NCBI GenBank assembly: GCA_000934665.2
Contig: JYFJ02000936.1
Coordinates: 62,001-99,420, forward strand
Origin: Catajapyx aquilonaris
Taxonomy: Eukaryota
Length of the DNA stretch: 37,420 nucleotides
Reading direction: 5' to 3'
Both the position numbers and the translations under genes were made by a program. Of this stretch, positions 1-12,993 are shown piece by piece. The notes beneath the pieces are model-generated. The model ran no database searches and was not told the origin of the DNA. It saw nothing but the letters and a program-made list of their open reading frames with translations. Every line of letters starts with the position of its first letter. Position 1 is the stretch's first letter.

Positions 1-1999
1 ACTAGTTAAGGGTCTGACAAACTTCGGAAAAGGTAGAAAAAAAAAGAAGACGAGAGAGTGTGTGGCGTGTCTATTTCGATTGACTTGGTCTATGAAAATG
101 GGGAGTTGCTGCCGACCCCCCCCCCCTACCACCATCACCACACAGAAAAGGTCTGTGCGGTCAAAAAAGTGCACGTGTTCGGACAAAAGGTTGAAAAGAC
201 TGCATTGTTGTCCTATACAAGGTGGGACAAGGACAGTACTGCAGCTGCGGTTTGGCTCTTGTTCCATTTTTATTCATATATATTTAACTTAACTGATATT
301 ATTGAAGATTTCAGACATTATTGAGAGAGTGCAGGAATGCCCTGTGTTGTGAAAAATGCAACAAAAATTATTTTTGAAATTAATTTAACTATTATTTTCA
401 TGTAATTTCATTTTGTAACTTCTAAGTATAATTGTTCAATTTTTATACTCAAATAGCTTTACAATTTGCAGCAATTAATTTTGTTATAACTAATTTGCAA
501 ACTGTTTTTAATTTTAATTTATTCGCCAGCTTCGAATTAGCAGATAATTTTAGCCGTAGCTGATGATAGCAGTAGATATTTTGAAAAATTTGACTCCAAA
601 TTTAGCTTTAGCAGTGTAGAAATTATTTCAGATAACTGAACAGTAATTTCATTCAGTTATTGCATGTACTTTAAAATTATCGAAAGTGAGAAATAATTTC
701 AGTTACTTGCTTCTAATGCATAGAATGATGTTACTTTGTTTTAGCAGCTGGATAACAGGCCAAGAGAACAAATGAGATGTGTGACGTAAGGATTACCTGT
801 ACCGGAAAGGGAAGCAATGTTTTCTCGTAGCGCATTAGGCCTATCCATGTCTGAGATAATTTACATTACAATGTTCGTGACAAGTGCAGATTAGAATGAG
901 CCTTAAACGATTTCCAGACCACGCCCACTACCGCCGAAATCTAGCTGAAAATGAAAGTGCTCGTCATACATCAAACTCTTGGCCAGAAAATGATGCCATG
1001 AAAGTGTCGTTATACTAATTAACAGTCATTTACAAACGACATATATGGCAGGATCCGGGTTAATCTGTCGTTAACTCCTAACCGTTAGTTGAAAGTTGGA
1101 GAAACCTGTTGCTGCTTCAGTTTATTTATAATTTATTCCTTGTCTGAAGAAGGACTGTCCTGCATTTCCTGTGCGTTTTACCCCCGTTTATTTCTGGAAA
1201 CAAAGCAGGTCAGTGTTCCACCTCCGAAAAAAAAAAACTCTTCTTGAGATCTCCAGACATCAAGAACCGGTTAGCTGAGTCAGTAGGCTGCATTTCCAAA
1301 ATGTTTAATTCGAATCGCCTAATAGAGATGACAGCATCCGTGCGGGCCTGATCGGTCCTTATACATAAGTAGGCGTGTGATTTTTAATACGAATCCCAAA
1401 TTAATGAGAGGCTATGCAACGTTAATCGCTGCCATCCGGAGCCACCATGGTAATCAACCGGACTTGGATTGGGTGATCCGGTCCTCTTGTTCAGTCGGCT
1501 CCTTTGTTAACCTAGGCCCTTTCCCATAAGGTTCCCACTGTTTTTCCAAGAATTTTTCCACACTATAAAAATCGTGCGTCCTTTTTTCACTTTTTTTTTT
1601 GAGAGAGAAGAAGGGGTCCCCATGAATATGCAGGAGATAGCTTCTTAGGAGAACCCGTCGATCTCCAGTCAGCCGGACGTGTATTTCGGTGGGCCAAAGC
1701 ATACTGCGTGTGGTTTGGGGTAATTAGGCAGGATCGAGTAATCAGGAGGTAAAAAAACGGATAGGCTGGATAGGAGGGATAGAAAGGAAAAAGCGAGAAG
1801 AAACTAATTGCAGGTTTCCACGACCTTTGTGTAAGTCAGCATGGAGTATATTTACTCAGTCAGTCTCTTTTTGAAGAATCTTGGCTTTTTGGAGGTTCCA
1901 TTTTTACCTTCACCCCTTTTGGAGGGAGATGAAGTTGAAGGTCCCTTCTGCTTATTAAGATCCGGTTGCCGGTCATCTCTTTCGTTGTTGTTGGTTTTT

Positions 2000-2017
2000 T
2001 TCTTCTTCTTCTTCTTC
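2000..2017. repeat. (TTC)6 microsatellite
   Basis: Read directly from the sequence. Confidence 0.9.
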
Positions 2018-3442
2018 ATCTTTCCAAAGTGAAGCTCCTTTTATATAAGCGGTTGTGACAGATTACCTCATTTTGGGAGCCTGTTGAGTGATAGACCCCA
2101 TTTTTCTGGGCACGATCAAACATAATAAACCTTCTTACTTTGCCGCTGTTGGATGGATGCTCACCAGGAAAACTTGGTTTGTGAAGCACGTGGGAATGAG
2201 GGCAAGGTTAGAGGAAGTCAATAGGTGACTTTATGCCATAAGCAATTGGTCGTACACATGATGAGTGTAATTATGGCTATGAGACAAGTGCGAAATGAGC
2301 GGTTTGTCACAAAGACTACAGGGTGATGCATTGGATGCCCTGCTCCAGTTGCTTTTCCTTCTTCCGTCCTTCCTTCCTTCCTGTGTGCACCTTATTCCCC
2401 CTTCCTTCGTCTCTGGTCTTCTGCCACGCTCCAGAGAACCTTCGCTGACCATCTGCCATTTTTAGAAAAGGTATAGGCTTCTGTCTGTGTCTGTCTGTCC
2501 CTCCCTTGCATCCAAGTGCATTCAGCCTTGGGGTCCGTTGGAGTCAGGCGCGTGCCACAACACGTGCATCGGCCTCACTTTCCCTTATTCTTTGCCGGTA
2601 TCCATGGCCGGATGATGACGCCCCCGTTTGTTTACTATGCTGTACCGGAAAGGGTGGGAGGTCAACACAGGATAGGGCTGTAGCTGTACCTACACCGTGA
2701 CCAGATTGGGATGACTCTATAAGTTGGCACAGTACAAAAATTATGTTATTGATGCCCAACCGACAAAGGCTTGTTTCATCCTGGCATGATGCAACCCAAC
2801 GAACAAGCTTAGCATTTTTTTTTGTCAATTACATGTTTATGTATATAATCAGATCTGCGTTTTCACACTGCCACTTCTTTTTCACAAGCTCCTCTTTTTT
2901 CCTGAACAAAGCTTGCCTGTGAAATGGAGGACTTCCTGTGCAGATATGCTTCTCTTATAAATATTCACCTCATGCAGCCATTGGCACAGGGAAGGAAACA
3001 TGATGACCCCTACCACCTTCAAACATCATAATCATTTTTTGGAGACCCCCTTTAGTTGTGTATAGCAATGGCCTAGCAAGCAGAACCCGATCCATTTCCA
3101 TCCCCAATCAGATAGGCCCACCAACCCAGCACCGTTTTTCAACCCACCTGCGCCGATATTCTCTGGAAGATATCCCTGTCAGGTACTCCCAAATAAGCAG
3201 TCCCCATAGAAGAAGCGACACGTGAAATTAAAACGCCATTAAAAAGGGAAGAAGCTGGACCTGTGGCCAGAAGTGAGTTGCTGATCTGATAAGAAAACTA
3301 ATGACACCCTGGATGCAGGCATTAAAAGTCCTGGTATCAATTAGGGCTGCACTTCACCTGCTGGGAGCTGGAGTCTGCCCTACCTTTATTCCTTCTCTTT
3401 TTTTATATATACCAAGAGAAAGTTTTTTATGCTCATATTATA

Positions 3443-3526
3443 CAGGGTCGTCCGCTGCTCAAGTTTAAGTTCATGATGCTTTCTACACTCTTTTTGAACT
3501 GAAGACTTGGGCAGTGCACCACCATG
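3443..3526. mobile_element. Short Tc1/mariner-type MITE (internally deleted relative of 23900-24093)
   Basis: Left end TA|CAGGGTCGTCCGCTGCTCAAGTTTAAGTTCA; the right end reverse-complements to CATGGTGGTGCACTGCCCAAGTCTTCAGTTCAAAAAGAGTG. Both ends resemble the ends of the element at 23900-24093. The right flank is TT rather than TA. Confidence 0.65.
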
Positions 3527-4416
3527 TTCTAATAAAGGCGGCATATTTGGCTTCTGGGTCAGAAACATAGGACCAAATTTTTTGGGATAGGCTTGAACTA
3601 TATATTTTTTTGTATGTGTGGTCTGTGCGTGAAGAATTGCCCAGACGGGTACAATTTGCTTCGAAAATGGCTTTTCGATAGTCACAAGGTCGTAAAATGT
3701 AGGTTAAAACTCGCGGCACGTGTGCGTTCATCGGGTTATTTTATTTTGGTCTCACGCACGCTCCCGGGCAGCTGAGAGAGACTTGGAACATAAGAAGAAA
3801 AAAAAGAAGATATAGAAGAGGATTGGTAACATGGTCAACAATGTTAGGCTCCAAAATATAAGGAAGTGAACACCGCAGTATCTGATCTGACCTACCTCGT
3901 ACACCTGTAATTACGCGCCGGACCTAAATTAGAGCCGGTTGTGCCAGAGAAAATTAATGGAAAATATCCGATTATGTATTATAGGAATCTTATACGTAAT
4001 GGGTGAATTTTTTTAAATTGTGTTTATACAACTTGACCTACTTCTTGGCTTACCTCGAAATGAATGTTATTTTGTGGCCATCTTGCTATTGTTTTACAGT
4101 CATGACGTTACGGAGTAGTGACAATAATAAACTCATTATTCGGACAAATCGAATCATGAGTATAAAACTGGCTACTTTTTACTTAATGACTCAACAGTGA
4201 GAGCCGATGCCCGAGATAATCATTACTCTCTTCATTCCTCAAGGTTAGGTTTTGACAGGCTAGAGTGATACACCTAAAGATTAACCTACTGTATTATTCC
4301 ATGTGCGTAATTAATAGTTATTAGATATTATGATTAAAATATCAGATTTGACTTTAATCGAAGTTTATACAATCATGCATTTCTGTTAATTTAACATGTA
4401 TTAATTGATGGGTTCC

Positions 4417-4629
4417 AGATCAAAACCAGCCAAGTCCACTCGGAAAAACTGGCCATAAAATGAACAAAAACTGATGATTACTTAACTTTCACTGGTACGA
4501 TCTTGAAGCTATTTTATGGCTATATGTTTCCGCAGTTCAGGTACATACGCCAATGTGCCAATTACTCAATAACATTAAAACACATAATTTCTGCACGTAT
4601 TTGTGTTAGGCCAGTGGACTTTTTGATCT
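4417..4629. mobile_element. Degenerate inverted-repeat element (old MITE remnant)
   Basis: AGATCAAAA[ccagcc]AAGTCCACT...CTGGCC on the left matches the reverse complement of GGCCAGTGGACTTTTTGATCT on the right, allowing two insertions. No clear TSD. Confidence 0.35.
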
Positions 4630-5525
4630 CAGACCTCACAATTTAAATGTGCTACTAACAGAGCTTTATTTTTCAAAATATGCGCTTTTGGGCTTGAAAT
4701 TATGATAATAATTCCAGTTTTATATCATTTCCGAAACCTGCTTCATCTGTGGCGAATTCATTCCCTATGATGTATACTACTAGACCGAGCGAATTTGATA
4801 AATATCACGACGTGTAAAAATGAAAAGCAGCTACTTTTTCCACGGGGGCAGGCATCAAATTTGCAGGCCCTGAATTTTCCCCCCTCCCTTCATCCCCTTA
4901 AAAAAAATTAATATCCGAATAATGAGAGAGGTGCTGGAATTTTTGGGACAAGTGCAAGAGTAATGGCCGGTTTTTGAGGGAAAAAGAATAAGAAAACCCG
5001 GGTCACCCCTCTTTCGGTTGGATCTAACAATTTTTTTTTTCCTTTTCTTTTGAGAATCTTGGGGGCTCCCTCAAAGGTAGCCGCGAGATCTCCTGCTGCT
5101 CTCCTTTTCTGTCTGCTCATCACAGGCTCCCGGCAGCTTCAATTAGTCTGCCCTGCAGATGAATCGGGCCACAAGAAGACCCCTGGTTGGCTGGCCTGGG
5201 AAGGAGATAGGCCCAGATATGTAAAGCGTGAGGCATTTTATTGGAGAAGGAGGGGGCCGACCGCATTTCCAGATTAAGAAGAAGAAGAGCCAACGGTCAC
5301 TTCTCATTTGCCCTCCTCTCATAATTAGCTGTACTTGCGGCAAATTCGAGAGATAGGAAAGGTAGAACCAGTTTACGGGGATAATTAGGGTATACTAATT
5401 ACGCCTGGTAATGAGTTGTTTAGCACTTGGGTGGAACAAGGGGGATCACAAAAGTGGGATGAATTAGTCGTTTTGGTTTATACAAGGTGATGCTGTTAGT
5501 AAAAAATGCAGACTTTATAATTATA

Positions 5526-5732
5526 CTGGGTGGTCCAAGTTCAAGTGTCGTTTTATAACGGCGATTAATAGCAGTGATTTTGCGATGACGTAGCAGCGAC
5601 GCGTAAAATGTCCCACTTCGGCGCATCTTCGGCGCAATCGAAGTGGGCAATTTTACACGTCGCTGCTACGTCATCGTTAAGCGCTTTTATTAATCACCGT
5701 TATAAAACGACACTTGAACTTGGACCACCCTG
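5526..5732. mobile_element. Palindromic Tc1/mariner-type MITE, 207 bp, TA TSD
   Basis: TA|CTGGGTGGTCCAAGTTCAAGTGTCGTTTTATAACGGCGATTAATA ... TATTAATCACCGTTATAAAACGACACTTGAACTTGGACCACCCTG|TA. The arms pair over about 95 bp with one short divergent patch. TA lies at 5524-5525 and 5733-5734. Confidence 0.92.
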
Positions 5733-5809
5733 TATATGATATATAGAATTGGCTTGGGTTTGTGCCTCTGTCCGCGATGAGTCATCAGCAGTGTGCGGAG
5801 AGGAAGGAT

Positions 5810-5824
5810 GCGCCATCTATGTGG
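5810..5824 (-). promoter_or_regulatory. Candidate CTCF-like site
   Basis: The minus strand reads CCACATAGATGGCGC, containing the AGATGGCGC core of the CTCF motif. A palindromic AP-1-type GATGAGTCATC lies about 30 bp upstream on the plus strand. Motif match only. Confidence 0.3.
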
Positions 5825-8800
5825 CAGTTATGGTACAACCTCCACAGTGGAAGGGAACAGGATAGTGTTGCCAATTTTGGCAAGGGGTTCACTCTCGCTT
5901 AATTTATAATAAATTATAAAATAGGGCACATAACCGCATATCCTGATAGTTTCTGGAATAAGGCTGTCAGTCGCATCTTCGTGGTTCCAGGAAGTGGTTT
6001 TTCCCACCAACTGTGAAGGAAAGTCGTGCAATAAATTATACGCTTTTATTATGCGATAATTTTACATGAAAACCATTTTGTGTTACATGCTATACCTATA
6101 TCTCAGTAGTTGTGATATTTTGAAACATCAAAAGTAAAGAAACTATTACATAAAAAATGCAATTTTCTAAATATGTTCCTTGTCATATAGTTGCAAATAT
6201 ACACGAGCTTATAAAGATGATTGATGTATGTATATGTAATCAAATTCATAAACGTTATGAACATGTGCACCTAACTGGTCATTATAAGTTATGTGAGCTA
6301 ATGGTGACTGAATCGTTAGTATAACAGCATTTCCTTGCTCAGTCGAAGGCAACATCAATATTCAAGATGGGTAATCCCCGTTATGTCTTTTCCTAATTAC
6401 GTCGATATTGGCATTCCTTTAAAAAATTGGTGAAACATGACTTTTACTGTGCAGGTGTAGAGAAATATAAATTATGGCATAAAATGTCCGCCTGATAAGA
6501 GCCACTCCGAATTGCACAAAAATTGTATTCGACTAGAAAGGGCAACAAAAATTGTGCCTTCAAGCATAGACAAGAAGTCGTTACGTAAAAAAGAAACAGT
6601 CCACAAAAAGTGGCGTCAATTATCGATGGAAGCGATAGTCCTGAACCTGTCCCCCTATCTTCTGATGAGATATATATTTTTTTCCCTTACGTATCCTCAA
6701 AAATGGAGGTCTTAAAAGGGCATGTTTGGTCTTTTCGTTGCTGACAAGAACTGGAAGCTCAGCACCTGCTTTTTGGAAGAGTTTGCGCGTATTCCGTGAG
6801 AAATACGAATGAGGCGGGCCATCATCCTGAAACGACCGCATTGCCACCGCAGCACACGTACTAGCCACCCTGAGTAATAGACTGCAGGTGTATTTTGAGC
6901 GATTAGTAAAAGTCATTAAGGCATTCAAATGAAGAAGAAAAAAGACGCAGGATTGGTACAGGTGAGGTTGAGTAAAAAAAGTGTTATGATTGCTTCCGAC
7001 ACCTGGCTGGGTCACTGGCTCTTTGGGTGGTTCCGATTGCTAGTTGACATTGCCAAGATCCGGAGTAGTTGATCCGAGCCTGGATATGTTGTCCTAGGGG
7101 CCAAAGGTGTCCGAGATACAAATGCGTAACACAAACGCTACAGGAATTCATAATCAGCATTAATAACCCCGACCTCATTCATCTCTCGTGTGATTACAAA
7201 CTCCGGCCTGAATCTGTCCAGCAGCGTTGATACGTCTCCGCAATTAACCCAGCGGCCAACAACGGAATAACGACTGTCCTAATTAATTGCCGGTAGTGAC
7301 CTCCAACAATTCAAGGAGCTCTTGTTCAACGTCACGGCTTCCATTAGCCTTTATCTTTGAAATGGTACCGGGGGCTTCTGCGTTGATTCCTTTTCGGCGA
7401 CGGCCCTTCAAGAAACCCGTAAAGACAAGACGGGACTGACCACGTCCATTAAGGGGCGTGGACACTGTTCTTCGATCGCTTCATTAGCCCTTTTTTTCTC
7501 TTTCTCTCTCTCTCTAAAACTCAGAGAAGGAATCGACACTTAGAGAGACTCAGACAGAAATTGTTTTCAGACGCCATGTTGGCTGAAAGCTACCGATTTT
7601 TTTTCCGGCTCGTTTCCAGTGACCACCTACTGGGCGAGTAGCTTTGTCGTAAGGAAATGATGGTTCGTAAAAAGCCATTAACGCAACTATTTCTGGTCGA
7701 TTGAACTAGTTTGAAAGAAAAATATTGTAAAGTTCGAATATAGACGGCAAAAAATCACGCTTGAAATTATTGTAGATAATATAGGCCTAATACCCCCAAA
7801 AAATGCTTTACAGTAAATAATAGAAAAGTTCTTCCCCTCAATGTAACTCAGATAATTTATTATACAGTCTGTATTTCTTAAACTTAGACTAATATTTTTA
7901 TGAACAAAGGAAGAACTAACACAACCATATCTACGTAGAGCAAATAATTTATATTTTACTGTTTTCAGGGGGTCAACTTATTTCCTCTTGAACCGTGTAT
8001 AGCCTGCACACCGTTTGTACTTATTGTGCCTGGATGGGGCCGACACGTTCCTGTTCGTGCCATGTTTTCCTTAGATGACTAATTCCAGTGTGTTCATGCC
8101 ATATATTTTTTTTCTCCAGTGTAAATATTATTTATATACATTTAGGGCCATCCCTCGCATTTGAAGCTCACGTACATTTATTCGAGCAAGCTTCGCCACT
8201 CTATGAATCAAAAAAAAAAATGGAAGACCATGTTTTCCTTTTTGATAAATGCTGGCCCGAGTAAAAAGGAGGCTTCCGATGCTTGTTGTGGTTTATAAGG
8301 AGTTGGGGGATTCATCCAATGAGGATGGAGCGTAGTAGCCTGAATGCGTGTGTAACTCTCTGTGCGAGTGACAAGGACCACTCATCACTCGGCGTGTGGT
8401 GCGACGGAGCATTACATCCGAAGGAAGAGCCTTCATCATTCTCAGCAAGAGAAAAGACTCATTCCAATTACTCCATCTCCTCAGACCTCTTCAGACCAAA
8501 TGGATTATATGTACTAGTAGTAGGGGAGGGTTGCTCACTTCCTTCGGGGAACACACTTATTTCATTCTTTCGTCTCGCCGATGCTATCTGGGTACATGTG
8601 TGCGCACCAGGAGTGGGAACTTATGTTAAGCCGAGTTGCATTTGGCCGAGGTTTTGATGCTCTCAGCAGGTTCTGGTTGTTGGTTCATTTGGAACAGGTC
8701 GTTACACTGTACAGAGCCTGTTGCTATAATTGAACAGTAATTTGTTAATACTATTTTATGGCTGTCAAACAAATTAGCTTTCACAATGAATTTTTGCTCT

Positions 8801-10343
8801 ACAGCTGCATGTAGAAGTGTAGGCATATTCTGTTGCTTCATGCTAGTTCAATAATTATGGGCATCATTCCATTCGGCGTAATGGAATTCGACGAAACCAA
8901 ATGTAACCAAGGAGTCCAAAAAAGGGCCAATGACCCTCTATTTTTCTTTTCCTTATTTTTTCCTCAGGTATTCATGAGCGTCCTAATGCGGCTCTTATCA
9001 AGGGAATAGAATCGCAATAAATTGAGGCTCTCCTCTTTATGTTTCATTTTTTTCTGTTCTTCGTATATTCCTTTTGGTAAAGTTGAGTACCTGGGGGAAA
9101 AGGTGGCTGGAGAAGTTTTCGAACAAACTATACAAGTGCAGCTGCATCCGGACAGGATCGCGCCTTCTTCACGAAACATTGCGCCTTAGGACATGGTTTC
9201 CGGTCTGACGATTACTATCGGTTTATGCTTCTGATGGCATATAATGGAGGCGACTGTCACGTTGGGAGGCAATCGACCTTTTGACCTTCTTCTACGGGCT
9301 CAGCAGGAGGAAAAAAGATGAGAGGCTCATGCCTAATTGCGGAAATTTTGGCACGGAGAGGCGCAGTAATTATGTATAATGAGAATAGGCATTTAAATGC
9401 GGGTTAACCTGGAACAAACTCTGTATTCTTAGCTACTGATAAATCCTCGAATTAATTGCTCTTGGTGCTGATTTAAAGTATAGTGAGTTTTGGCACACCA
9501 TGTAGCCTACAGCAGAGCAAAAATTCCAGATCATTAACCAAATAATTGGAACAGAATTGCACCCAGGAGTAATTCGTGGTCGACTAATTGGTGTTCGCAG
9601 GTTGCCAAAATCGGATATTTTGGCCATCCACAGGTTTTTCACGGCCATAAAACCCTTTTATATTTTTAAAGTGCGAATCTGCGATTTCAAGCCTTCTACT
9701 TCTTTTGCATAAACGCCCAGAAGCTCCGCGCTCAAATGCAATTAAAGCGAGCAAAAAAAAACCAACGTCAGCATTTTGCCGGCTATTACAAGTGCCAGTA
9801 ATTGCTGCATTACGGAATTACACCTGCCCCTATGCGTGAGTAACTCGACACTATAAATTTGTAATTCGGCGCTCGTGTTGTTAATAGTTTGACAAGTATC
9901 CGAGGCGCCAAGTCCTCAGCGGGTAAACACGATTTGACGGATCCATGCAAAAAGGTTAAGAATTCTTGCTTGGCAGGAGAAAAAGCTGATGGACGGAATT
10001 GATGTTGCCTGAGGACAACAGCGTGGCATAAATAATTAATATGCATATATGTTATATATCTCTCCTAATAGGCTTATTCTCTCCGTCGGATGTTTGTCCA
10101 ACCTAGTAGTGTTTCTCTCTCTCGCACGACCTGAGAGTGGCAGGAGTATGCAGAGTATGAGCCACCCATGCGTGAAGATTAGTACTACGTGGTAAATCGG
10201 CGGGCCATCTCATTAAAGTCGTTTGATTGTCATTGTCATATACTCATTATAAATACCGTAGGATTTTGCCAAATAATTGGTTCACTAGTAAAATATGGGC
10301 ATGTCCAATGTTAGAGGTATAATCAATTTTTCCGAATTTTGCA

Positions 10344-10518
10344 CTACTAATATAGCAGAAAGTTTGTCTGTATGTCCGGGCTACCAAACCCACTACTAGA
10401 CAACTGAGAGTGCTTAAACTTGTCTTACCTGCCTTTGCTCAGATAAAAGTCCCAAAACTGGACTTTTTTTTGAGTCTAAACACCCAAAATTAGGATTTCG
10501 TTTGCATTTACCTCCTAG
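10344..10518 (+). mobile_element. Non-autonomous Helitron-like repeat, copy A
   Basis: 5' CTACTAATATAGCAGAAAG followed by GTTTGTCTGTATGTCC microsatellite-like sequence, ending in CTAG|T. It aligns by eye with 25050-25240 (AAAAGTCCYAAAACTG..TTTTTGAGTCTAAA..AAAATTAGGAT) and with 29165-29248. Confidence 0.7.
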
Positions 10519-11398
10519 TATAAATTATATGAGATAGGACTGACCTAGGATGTAGAGAAAATGACAGGAGCACAACAAAGGGGTAGTCCTGAATTATAAG
10601 ACATTATGAAAGGGCTAGGGGTGGATGGAAGCTAGGGGATATATTGTGCATCCTGAGCGTGAAATTGGGGCAAGGACTACCTAAGAAGGCCGGGTGGCTA
10701 CGACCTTGGCAGTTGGTGATTGAAAACTGGGTGGTCCAAATGAAGATGGCACAAGCCAAGCAAGGGCGGCGAGAGAGAGAGGCTTGCTCCCTAATTGAAA
10801 GTGACGAGCTGTCTGCCATTCAAACTCATCAGCAGGGAAGCACCTTAGCTTACAACCAACTGTATACTACTACGCGGGGCGGAAAAGGAATTAAGGAAAT
10901 GCCCCCATCCACCCCCTTCCTTTTCTTCTTTTTTATTAAATCCCTGAGCTCCCTGCTGGATATATGGTAGCAGGATCATCATTAGTCTGCCCAGGAGATG
11001 AGACGTGTAAAAAAAAAAGATCCGACCAACAATAATATTGTTCCCGAAATGAAGCCTTGATGGAGTGGGAGGATTTCTCATTCTTCGAATCAATTGCTGG
11101 AGACTCTGAAGGAATCTTATGGGAGTGATTTTCACATTCAATTTATGTCAGGGAAGATTTTACCTCATGTAATTTTGTAAATTATTTCGGATTCTTGCTC
11201 ATTGTCAGTTCCACGAGAAGATAGCGTAATTTTGTTACTTGACGCGTTTAATGGAAAAAAAGGTCATATATGTGATTATCCAAATGGAGCTGAATTATAT
11301 GGTAACGTCCAGAACATTTTGCAAAACACTCATCCATATCACGACATTTACAAAGAAATAGCGTCGATATACGTTCCGTGCAGATAATGCCTGTCACA

Positions 11399-11479
11399 TG
11401 ACATGTAACTCTTTCAGTGAATTTTTGTGCATGTCACTAATCATAATTGCACAAAAATTCACTGAAAAGTTACATGTCA
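11399..11479. repeat. Near-perfect inverted repeat (32-bp stem, 16-nt loop)
   Basis: TGACATGTAACTCTTTCAGTGAATTTTTGTGCA (11399-11431) pairs with TGCACAAAAATTCACTGAAAAGTTACATGTCA (11448-11479); only one bulged C. Confidence 0.9.
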
Positions 11480-12993
11480 AACTGTTCGACCTGGTCACCT
11501 GGTCACTAATCACAATTATTAGAATTACATAAGTTGAAAAATTGCCTAACACATTTATTCTATACGTGAAAAATCATTGTCAGCTGACACAATGGTGAAG
11601 CTAAGCTAAAAATCATGCAGCAACAATTTTCATGTTTCTATGAGCAACAATGCCTGCGATGCGCAACGGAACTTTTAATCTGCTGAGACTCCGAGAAAGG
11701 ACTCAAAACTAAAAATGGGCGCCTATTGTGAAATAATAACTGAATCATCGTGTGTAAGCCTGTAACTGGATAGTGACATCAAGCGTCTTGGTGGTCCATT
11801 AAATCCGCAATTCTTCACAAATTACCATTGTGTTAATCCTCTATATTATGCCTGAAAGAACGTCTGATTCATATACGTGACGTGACCTTCTCCAACACAC
11901 TTTTCATCTCCCCTCGGAATCCATCAGTCATGCCGGACTTGCTCAACTTTTGTCTGCGGAAGTGGGACAGGTCTCACAGCAAGGGCTGGCTTTCTGTTGT
12001 GCTGTGTGACAAACAGCCTCTTTACAACTCCCCTGCCGCATGACTGAAGAATGAGAATTAATTAAGAAATGAGGCCGTTTAGTTTCACACCAAATTTACA
12101 ACCATTATTCAATCTAACATGTCCTGCAATTGTGTTTTACTTATAATGCTAGTGATTTTTTTAAATAAAGTACCTATGCCATGTGAAATGGCTGCAAATA
12201 ATAATTTATCGTGGACCTTCCTTCAAGAGTTGGGAGCCACGTGCAGACAGGAATACATAATTATAGAACTTTATGAGCACTCTGTACTTTGCATGTCTAT
12301 CGAGGAGAGTAAATAGGCGAGCTGACTGAAGGAAATGACCACTTGTAATGGGGTCTGGCTGGCGGTCATTTGTAGCCTGCATGAGCTACCGGACACGCAC
12401 TTTTGCTGCTGGGTTTTAGGGGGTTTCGGACCCTCTGTGGATGATTCGGGATAAATTGCTGTGTCTTTTGCCTAAATAGTACCAAACACGCAATTTGAGC
12501 CTAATCAGCCTGCGTGTCTGCTTATCTCCACCGGGTAATTGGCACGGCCCATCGCATACATCTACCTCAAACGCGTCAAATAAAAAATTGCTTTTTGTGT
12601 AAATGACCACGGTCCAGCTGCATTGAAGCAATCATACGTCCGACCATTCAGCTTTCCGTGACCATTGGCGCGGTGGAAGTGAGTCAAAAGTGAAGTCATT
12701 ACACAAGATGAAACCCCGTGTATAATTGTTCAGCATCCTATACTCCGGAATTTGACTGGTATGCAAACTATGAAGGCGTTTTTATAATCATGATAAGTAT
12801 TCGGTAGAAAAAAGCCGGCCACTCTACGAGACAATTACCAAATTTGAAAGGTTATGTTGGCAATAAAAGTAGGCATGATATGATATTACAAAGTTGTAAC
12901 ACCGTTGCATAATTTTTAGTTCTAGGATATTTAAATCATACGAAAAATGCAACAAAAGAATGACTGAAATACTTATGAAAAGCCTCGCGATAT

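Noticed and set aside
748..785. Possible 38-nt micro-exon (TTTTAGCAG|...GAC|GTAAGG)
   Set aside because: The signals are plausible but common; there is no supporting homology and the length is not a multiple of three.
5727..5734. ACCCTGTA motifs resembling the 5' end of miR-10 (several in the window)
   Set aside because: They are the right-hand termini plus TA of CAGGGTG MITEs.
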